Under the pieces are notes generated by a model. That model did no database searches and was not told the DNA's origin. It was given only the letters and a program-made list of their open reading frames with translations. A DNA stretch of 53,473 nt, taken from positions 1 through 53,473 of IMG/VR virus record IMGVR_UViG_3300012176_000002, one strand, 5' to 3'. The translations under genes and the position numbers were made by a program. Shown here in pieces: positions 47,482-53,473 of this stretch. Source of the DNA: a virus. Each line of letters opens with the position of its first letter. The stretch's first letter is position 1.

Positions 47482-47511
47482 AAAAAACCCGTACACTCTA
47501 TGCATACGGGG
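47482..47511 (-). terminator. Rho-independent terminator
   Basis: CCCGTATGC-ATAGA-GTGTACGGG followed by TTTTTT. Confidence 0.8.
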
Positions 47512-48155
47512 TATAATCTGTCTTACATTGCTTCACCAAAGATACAAGGACATTAGGTCGCAAGATTAAAAATGGGCGCACAGCCCAAGCGTGGGAATAG
47601 AAGTCATAGGTAACACTTCCATTTAAGTTGACGCACAGAACGAAACCATCCCCGTATGGAGTAGACAACCACATATAAGAGGGGGTCGATATAATACATA
47701 TTATTTAGGTAAATATCATAGGTTATAATCCCAAAAAGGTCGCCCCTGCACGGCATATGCGCTCCAGAGTTATTAAAACTCATTAAATCAATCTCTACCG
47801 GAACAAATGCATTTTCCCCCAATACTTCCAATGCAACCTTTGACGGGACGCATTCATTTGCTACTCTTCTGGCGTGACTGTCGATGTAATTATTAGATTT
47901 CTCGCCAAACGGAATGTTTTTGATCTCATGTTCTTTATCCAGTAAAAAATAGACACCATCATCATTACTATAGAATTCTGTCCATGTGTAGTTACCTAGC
48001 TTGATGGACTCCCTTAGGTTCACCTCCCCTGCTTCGATTTTGTTTTTGTTTATTCCTTCTGACTCATTGTTTCTTTCTCTTATAACCACTTCAAGCAACT
48101 CCTTGACGGCGGCATATATCTCAACAACCTTTTCTTCTATTTCTTTATTCTCCAT
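47498..48155 (-). pseudogene. DUF6273-like (CLec-fold) gene, frameshifted at a C5 run
   Basis: Removing one base at 47681-47685 restores MWLSTPYG..VLCVNLNG...WAVRPFLIL, the family's C-terminal WxxTP...VRP signature. Confidence 0.7.
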
Positions 48156-48167
48156 AAAATTCCCCTT

Positions 48168-48464
48168 CTATTCACAGTCAACTATCGCAACATAATCAAC
48201 AAAAGGTTTTTCGTGAACAATACCAAAATATAATACACTTTCTCCCGTTTTTTGTTCAAAATATTTTATTGATTCTTCAAATCTATCCATTTCAACACTT
48301 CTAGTAACTGTATTCTTAAATATATCGTAAGAAATAGTACCTCCCAAATATTTATAAAATTTCACAAGTGCATCCGCATAAAAGCTATCTTTAATTTTTA
48401 ATACAGTCACATCGTTACCCAAATTTCTACTTGTAACAAATAAATACTCTTTTGTCTGTGCCAT
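48168..48464 (-). CDS. Hypothetical protein
   Basis: ORF with GGAGG RBS. Confidence 0.6.
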   Translation of the reverse strand: MAQTKEYLFVTSRNLGNDVTVLKIKDSFYADALVKFYKYLGGTISYDIFKNTVTRSVEMDRFEESIKYFEQKTGESVLYFGIVHEKPFVDYVAIVDCE

Positions 48465-48940
48465 TAACTTCCTCCTTTAAACAGAACTTCCATTTGCTGC
48501 AAATTCTTATCTAATCTTTCATTTAATCTCTTGCACTCATTGGAAGCATCATCTAGAGTAAAATGAATATAAGCAATTCCATCTGGATATTCTTTGTTCA
48601 CAGAATAAGCCTTATAATAATTCGACATATCCGTCCAAAATCTAAAATATTTACCGTCTTCTGTTCTATCAATTTTTACTATTATTACAGGATGCTTGTT
48701 TACAACCCACTGCTTATTTGTTTTCTTGTGAACACCCTTTCCACCACATTCGGGACACTCTTCGTTTACTTCTCCAAGTTTGTAACAACGCCCACATACA
48801 ACTTGCTTGGTAAAATCACTCAGCCTTATCGTAAACGCAGATAAAAAATTATGTTCGCTAATTCCAAAATTTTTTATTACAGATTTAAGAATCTTGTTTT
48901 CCTCTTTAAGCTTCTGATATCCAATCCATAAATCATCCAT
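48464..48940 (-). CDS. Hypothetical protein with CxxC..CxxCxGxG Zn finger
   Basis: CGRC...CPECGGKG; C-terminal ECKRLN. Confidence 0.65.
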   Translation of the reverse strand: MDDLWIGYQKLKEENKILKSVIKNFGISEHNFLSAFTIRLSDFTKQVVCGRCYKLGEVNEECPECGGKGVHKKTNKQWVVNKHPVIIVKIDRTEDGKYFRFWTDMSNYYKAYSVNKEYPDGIAYIHFTLDDASNECKRLNERLDKNLQQMEVLFKGGS

Positions 48941-48971
48941 ATATTATCTCTCCTTCAAATTGATTAAAACT

Positions 48972-49262
48972 TTACTCATAATATTTACACTCATCTCCAC
49001 CATGATAAATACCGTCTTCATAAATGCAATCGCCGGGATCGTCAGGGCCATTATTACAAAGACAATCTTCGATATGACGATGCCACCTACAAGGTTTAGG
49101 AATAGCCTCAAAATCTAAATCTTTTACGTCATCCATATCTGGCAATTCAGAACCATCACGATTATATCGTTTATCAGCAATTTGTAATGCTTCTTCTTTT
49201 GAATTTGCCTCGATTCTAACATACCCTTCCAATGATTGTATAATTTTTACATCGTATTTCAT
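48972..49262 (-). CDS. DpnD/PcfM-like small protein with Cys-rich tail
   Basis: MKYDVKI...VRIEANSKEEAL. Confidence 0.6.
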   Translation of the reverse strand: MKYDVKIIQSLEGYVRIEANSKEEALQIADKRYNRDGSELPDMDDVKDLDFEAIPKPCRWHRHIEDCLCNNGPDDPGDCIYEDGIYHGGDECKYYE

Positions 49263-49277
49263 AACTCTTGTTCCTCC

Positions 49278-49556
49278 TCACAATTTCATATTGTGTTCTT
49301 TTTCATAATTCATCAATTCTTTCAAAGCGTCATCTTGTCGTTGCAATAATTCTGGATTTTGAGCACAAGACAAAATTCTTGAAGCGTCATCAAATATCTT
49401 GACCAATAAATCATATTCTTCCAGTTCTTCAATTGAATTTAACCCATAGTGTTTTGCCTCGCACAATTTAATTTCATTTATATCGCTTGATTCTTTCTTG
49501 CACTTCTCGCAAACATACATTGTGTAACGTCGCATTATTTCACCTCGTCCTCTCAA
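49278..49556 (-). CDS. Hypothetical protein
   Basis: YVCEKC...CEAKH. Confidence 0.6.
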   Translation of the reverse strand: MRGRGEIMRRYTMYVCEKCKKESSDINEIKLCEAKHYGLNSIEELEEYDLLVKIFDDASRILSCAQNPELLQRQDDALKELMNYEKEHNMKL

Positions 49557-49563
49557 TTTTAAT

Positions 49564-49581
49564 ATAAAATCCGCTGTCTAT
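49564..49581. repeat. Junction repeat ATAAAA-TCCGCT-GTCTAT
   Basis: Intergenic. Confidence 0.6.
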
Positions 49582-49584
49582 GTG

Positions 49585-49914
49585 TTATCTAAGTTTCTTC
49601 TCATCAAATTTGTCAAACGTTATCTTGGTGTGGCCGCTTTGCATTTTCCCGTTCTTGAAGTATTTAATCCATATATCCCCACGGATTTCTCCTTCCCCGT
49701 ATAATTCAAAAACGATATCTGGATATTTTATTGATAGCTTCCTCATATCTGTTTCATGATCATGCCAAAAATTTGATATAACACGCCACTCTCCATCGTC
49801 ATCAATTGCGTATTTTAACCATTCAAATTCATCTTCTGAGGCATCATCTGAAATCTCGATTATATCCTTATCAGAATCGTATGTACGTAATGTATAAGTT
49901 GTGTTGTATCCCAT
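49585..49914 (-). CDS. Phage hypothetical protein
   Basis: MGYNTTY...W.DHE.DM..LS.KYP...F.LYGEGE..GD.W...F.NG. Confidence 0.7.
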   Translation of the reverse strand: MGYNTTYTLRTYDSDKDIIEISDDASEDEFEWLKYAIDDDGEWRVISNFWHDHETDMRKLSIKYPDIVFELYGEGEIRGDIWIKYFKNGKMQSGHTKITFDKFDEKKLR

Positions 49915-49940
49915 TTTACATTCTCCTTTTATATTTTTCA

Positions 49941-49958
49941 ATGAAACCCGTAATTTAT
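49941..49958. repeat. Junction repeat ATGAAA-CCCGTA-ATTTAT
   Basis: Intergenic, upstream of an RBS. Confidence 0.65.
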
Positions 49959-49968
49959 ACACATTTTA

Positions 49969-50784
49969 TCAAGCAATTAATACTCTTATATTTTCTTTGC
50001 TAAGCATTTTGCATACCAAATAACCAACATATCCATCCACTAAAACATTATTCTTATCAATAATAATATCTCTATCAAGCTTATTGTTCTTTTTGTAAAA
50101 ATCATAACATTCCTTGATTTTATCTGTGTTTGGCATGGTTGATTTAAAACAACTTGATATTTGAATATCTTTTAAGTCAATCCTCTTAACTGGTCGATTG
50201 CGCTTATCACATTCTGCTTGAGCCAATTCCTTCGAACAAAATATATTCATTTCTGATGGATTATATTTATTTCCAAGTGCTTGTCTTACACTATATTTTA
50301 TGTAATAATTCTCCTTAGAATATGCTTTTATTCGCATTTCTGTAACTTTAAACAAATCATCTATTACACACCATGTTTTAGTATCGCTTAATATTACTTT
50401 TCCTTTCCCATTACAACAAGGGCACTTAATTTTTGCTTGTGTCATGGGATTATCAATAGTACATTCCCCATTACACATAGCACACTGTATCTCAGTTGGG
50501 CTTTCTTTAATTAAATAAACCTCATCTCCAAAATCAAATTTAGAATCAAATGTCTTTGTTATCATCGTATTAACTCCTCTTTTAATAAGTTTATATTCTC
50601 CATCAATAGAAACACGCCATATCTGGTTTAACTTACCAATCTCAACATTAAATCCGACATCATAGTCTAATAATCCATTGCCGTTTTTCTTTTTAGTAAC
50701 AACACCCACGTGTCCATCTGCTCCCATTGCACCTAAGCCACCATTTAATATTTTTATTGTATCGCCAACATTATATTTATTCAT
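49969..50784 (-). CDS. Multi-domain protein: SH3-like N-terminus, DnaJ-type Zn finger, ParB-like C-terminus
   Basis: CAMCNG...CPCCNGKG; IDKNNVLVDGY. Confidence 0.6.
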   Translation of the reverse strand: MNKYNVGDTIKILNGGLGAMGADGHVGVVTKKKNGNGLLDYDVGFNVEIGKLNQIWRVSIDGEYKLIKRGVNTMITKTFDSKFDFGDEVYLIKESPTEIQCAMCNGECTIDNPMTQAKIKCPCCNGKGKVILSDTKTWCVIDDLFKVTEMRIKAYSKENYYIKYSVRQALGNKYNPSEMNIFCSKELAQAECDKRNRPVKRIDLKDIQISSCFKSTMPNTDKIKECYDFYKKNNKLDRDIIIDKNNVLVDGYVGYLVCKMLSKENIRVLIA

Positions 50785-50819
50785 ATGTTTGTTCTCCTTT
50801 TTATTTTTTATATTTGTAA

Positions 50820-50837
50820 ATAAAACTACAATTCTAT
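50820..50837. repeat. Junction repeat ATAAAA-CTACAA-TTCTAT
   Basis: Overlaps the stop of 50834..51193. Confidence 0.65.
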
Positions 50838-51193
50838 ACACATTTTGATTTATACAAGAAACCAGATTCAAGCGGAATACGAACCACTGTATTACCCCTA
50901 TAAGAGAAGGTTATATTATCATTACCGTTACAATAACAAGGATAGCAAGTATCAGTATAAATTGTATCAAAATCACATTGTAATGGACGTTTTTTTGCTT
51001 CATCATTAAGTAAATGACAAAAGTTATGAAACCAAATTATTTCATAATATCGGCCCAACACTTCAAATTTCAACGTCCTCGAAAAACTAATGCCATCTTT
51101 GTCTTCCCACTTAACATTATCAGCAACTTTTGACATAAATTCGTAAAGAGATTCTTTTGTATGTGTATTTTCATTTTCAGCTTTCCACTGCAT
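50834..51193 (-). CDS. Hypothetical protein
   Basis: ORF with GGAGG RBS. Confidence 0.65.
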   Translation of the reverse strand: MQWKAENENTHTKESLYEFMSKVADNVKWEDKDGISFSRTLKFEVLGRYYEIIWFHNFCHLLNDEAKKRPLQCDFDTIYTDTCYPCYCNGNDNITFSYRGNTVVRIPLESGFLYKSKCV

Positions 51194-51338
51194 TATTTAT
51201 CCTCCTTCTTAGGGATTAAATATCCTTCCAAAACATAATATTTTTGATTATTTTGTAATATTTCTTCCATCTCATCACATAACCTTAATGCTTCTAATGT
51301 CCCCTCAATACGTACTACTTCCCATATTGTGTATGGTT

Positions 51339-51662
51339 TCATTTCAATTCCTCCAACGTATTTTTTATTAAGCTATCAACCAATTCAAGTAAACTTTCTC
51401 TACTCAAATCCCTCGTAGAAAATATCTCTGCGTCCTTTCCTGTTATGCCATCAATCAAATGTACGGAGTAATAGTATTCATCTGGCGCTAACCCCTCTTT
51501 TTCTTCTGTAATATTTACACAGACACAATTTCCATTTTCATCTTCCACAAATGAATGATAGTCGCTTAGTCTGTCGCCAGAACTGTTTATTGAAATTCCT
51601 TCCGATATATCATTCAATAAGCAAGCAACCATTTCATCAGCAGTAATCAAAACTTTATTCAT
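51339..51662 (-). CDS. Hypothetical protein
   Basis: ORF with GGAGG RBS. Confidence 0.65.
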   Translation of the reverse strand: MNKVLITADEMVACLLNDISEGISINSSGDRLSDYHSFVEDENGNCVCVNITEEKEGLAPDEYYYSVHLIDGITGKDAEIFSTRDLSRESLLELVDSLIKNTLEELK

Positions 51663-51677
51663 ACAGCCTCGCCTCCT

Positions 51678-52109
51678 CTATTTGTCACTGACAAAACAAA
51701 TCTCTTCTAAATCAACATACATGAAATATCCAATAATATTAATTCCTAAATAGTTTCCAATTATATCCGTAATCTCATCTTCATCATATACATGATGAGA
51801 ACCCTCACTATACATAGATAAAACAGGATATTCTTTTTCTATTTTCAGAGATGAATCATCTAGTAGTTCTTGCATGACTTTTTCAAAACAATCAAAATTT
51901 GTTAAAAACGCCGCTCTCTTAAAGAATCTTGTCTCCGGCTTAATATTTTTCTTTTCCTCCTGTTCCTCAAAAAATTTGCATATTGGATTACCACATTCAA
52001 TACCATTTCCATATACGCACCCCCCTTCATCATCAATATTATTATTCAATGTACATAGTTCTTCATAATATGTTCCTTTAAAAAATTTACATACTTTATT
52101 ATTATTCAT
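51678..52109 (-). CDS. Hypothetical protein with Cys-rich N-terminus
   Basis: CKFF...C...C...C...CKFF. Confidence 0.65.
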   Translation of the reverse strand: MNNNKVCKFFKGTYYEELCTLNNNIDDEGGCVYGNGIECGNPICKFFEEQEEKKNIKPETRFFKRAAFLTNFDCFEKVMQELLDDSSLKIEKEYPVLSMYSEGSHHVYDEDEITDIIGNYLGINIIGYFMYVDLEEICFVSDK

Positions 52110-52128
52110 ATTCCCTCCAATTTTTTCA

Positions 52129-52146
52129 ATGAAATCCGTCTTCTAT
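52129..52146. repeat. Junction repeat ATGAAA-TCCGTC-TTCTAT
   Basis: Between the stop at 52147 and the next RBS. Confidence 0.7.
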
Positions 52147-52368
52147 TTATTTACATACAAGTTCATCAATGATTTTCAAGATCATTTCTGTGTCATCAAT
52201 CCCCGTTACATCAACTCTCTTAACGGCTCCACTTATAAATTCGGCAAGAACATACTCTTCATCCCATGCATAATAAGTCAGTGAACCCAGATCCCATAGA
52301 TTGCGTGTAGCCCACAAAACTGGCAAAAGCAGAAGGCAAATTCTTTTCTTGCTTCCCATTTCAATCAT
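52147..52368 (-). CDS. Hypothetical protein
   Basis: ORF in co-oriented run. Confidence 0.55.
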   Translation of the reverse strand: MIEMGSKKRICLLLLPVLWATRNLWDLGSLTYYAWDEEYVLAEFISGAVKRVDVTGIDDTEMILKIIDELVCK

Positions 52369-52589
52369 CCTCCCCTCACAATTGATAACATACTTACAAC
52401 ATACAATCCTATTCCCAGCAGCGACATTATAGGAGTATCCTGCCTATACAGTGCTAAAATCATTACTATCCATGATGCAAAATAAGCAATGATTATAAGA
52501 ACATGAGTGACTTCTCGACACCAGTATTTAAGTTGATGCATATTTTCTCCTTGTTTTTTGCATAAAAAAAGACTTATGGTTTTCGCCAT
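52365..52589 (-). CDS. Small membrane protein
   Basis: Two hydrophobic helices; start probably MHQLK. Confidence 0.55.
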   Translation of the reverse strand: MAKTISLFLCKKQGENMHQLKYWCREVTHVLIIIAYFASWIVMILALYRQDTPIMSLLGIGLYVVSMLSIVRGG

Positions 52590-52595
52590 AAGTCC
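52564..52595 (-). terminator. Rho-independent terminator
   Basis: GACTTATGG-CGAAAA-CCATAAGTC followed by TTTTTTT. Confidence 0.8.
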
Positions 52596-52600
52596 AATGT

Positions 52601-52629
52601 TTTGTAGTTACATCCTTATATGTTGTCAA
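52601..52629 (-). promoter_or_regulatory. Putative SigA promoter
   Basis: TTGACA, 17 bp, TACAAA. Confidence 0.5.
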
Positions 52630-52684
52630 GGGTTTTAATAAATCACCCATTATCCGGTTCTATGCCAATTCATACTAAGCTTGT

Positions 52685-53473
52685 TTAAATTTTCACCCGA
52701 AATAAATTGTCTCTTCTTTTTTTTGCACATTGTTTATCTAAAGACTCGATATCAAACCCGAAGTAACATACTCCCGTCATAGGGGGTCTTATGACTTCGG
52801 ATTCTAGATCAGAAAAATCACCAAAAATGGATCTTCTATAATTATAAATCATCCCGCCACAAACAAAATACAAGTATGTACTCTTATAACAGTAGTCTCT
52901 ACCTGTTTCTGATTCCTTGTATGCAATTGAATTTTCTTTAGGAATGACTTCTAAGATATCAGCCCCTAAAATATCCCTGACAGTTGAGATTTCTTGAAGC
53001 TTCTTTTTGTATTCTTTCACTTTTTCTTCTAACATTTTATATTTTTTTTCTGATTCTCCGTATAAACCAGAACTGATGTAAATACCATCAGGGGAATTAC
53101 ACGACGCATAAAAAATATATTCATTATTTTCAAGAAATTTTTTCCATGTTGAGTGAGGGACTTTATCAACTGCAATGAAATTCCATTTGTGAGATTCGTT
53201 CATGGGACTTATATATTCTATCCAATCACCTGTTATGATTGGTGTATCCACAATCTCAAATACATCATTAGTCAAGCCAAACTCCCCCGTATGAAAGTAT
53301 TTATAATCATATATTCTTCCTTCGGAAACTCTATAGAGGAAAGCATTTTCAAGGTTCCTATCATGCGTGACAGCATAATAGCCATCAGCGGATTCACAGG
53401 AGGCAAACCATGCATACACCTCAGTAGCGATATACCACTTTAGTGCTGAAAGTGATTCTTCATCAATTTTATT
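52685..53473 (-). CDS. Hypothetical protein with internal duplication (5' end beyond the window)
   Basis: Frame stays open to the window edge; repeated FASC.S.DG.Y...LY.V..G.IY.Y...FG...P..TG unit. Confidence 0.65.
   Translation of the reverse strand, partial: NKIDEESLSALKWYIATEVYAWFASCESADGYYAVTHDRNLENAFLYRVSEGRIYDYKYFHTGEFGLTNDVFEIVDTPIITGDWIEYISPMNESHKWNFIAVDKVPHSTWKKFLENNEYIFYASCNSPDGIYISSGLYGESEKKYKMLEEKVKEYKKKLQEISTVRDILGADILEVIPKENSIAYKESETGRDYCYKSTYLYFVCGGMIYNYRRSIFGDFSDLESEVIRPPMTGVCYFGFDIESLDKQCAKKRRDNLFRVKI

Larger units (their letters stand above)
104..53473 (-). mobile_element. Large temperate prophage (SPbeta-like organisation), continuing beyond the right edge of the window
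   Basis: Integrase and xis next to a tRNA-derived att site; phage-type replication, nucleotide metabolism and lysogeny control genes; dozens of small co-oriented ORFs. Confidence 0.93.

Noticed and set aside
509-53443. Plus-strand ORFs in the track (for example 42892..43587, 2723..3133, 44031..44450)
   Set aside because: They are antisense shadows of well-supported minus-strand genes, with no recognisable motifs.
53446-53463. CTGAAA-GTGATT-CTTCAT as another junction repeat
   Set aside because: It lies inside an open frame that continues off the window, so it is probably a chance match.

Overview
The window is the left end (about 53 kb) of a large temperate Firmicutes (Clostridia-like) prophage with SPbeta-like organisation. 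Nearly all real genes are on the minus strand. In coordinate order it holds: (1) about 100 bp of host flank and an att site matching a tRNA 3' end; (2) integrase and excisionase; (3) nucleotide metabolism genes (class II RNR, guanylate kinase fused to an NDT-like domain, ThyX-like protein); (4) an accessory block of small ORFs with a DNA methyltransferase, metallophosphoesterase and RNase HI; (5) a replication module (DnaE, PD-(D/E)XK nuclease, primase, DnaB, SSB, Sak4-like ATPase); (6) an unexplained operon of J-domain pseudokinase, small peptide, vWA protein, divergent PurA-like ligase, two 'FE(T/I)NSSS' proteins and a radical SAM enzyme, downstream of a phage sigma factor; (7) more accessory ORFs and two tRNA-like genes; (8) a lysis/lysogeny control region (LexA-boxed promoter, MrpR-like repressor, orphan MazF/PemK, second tyrosine recombinase, antirepressor-like protein); (9) a final accessory block. 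The main unexplained signals are at least 14 co-oriented ATRAAA-N6-(W)TYYAT sites at accessory gene junctions (candidate cassette recombination sites or operators), three copies of a bipartite RNA motif (UUGGCG-loop hairpin plus GAACAC/UGACUAA box), the PurA-like/vWA/radical-SAM operon, and apparent ATT/ATA start codons on key genes. All family assignments come from recognising motifs by eye, not from database searches.
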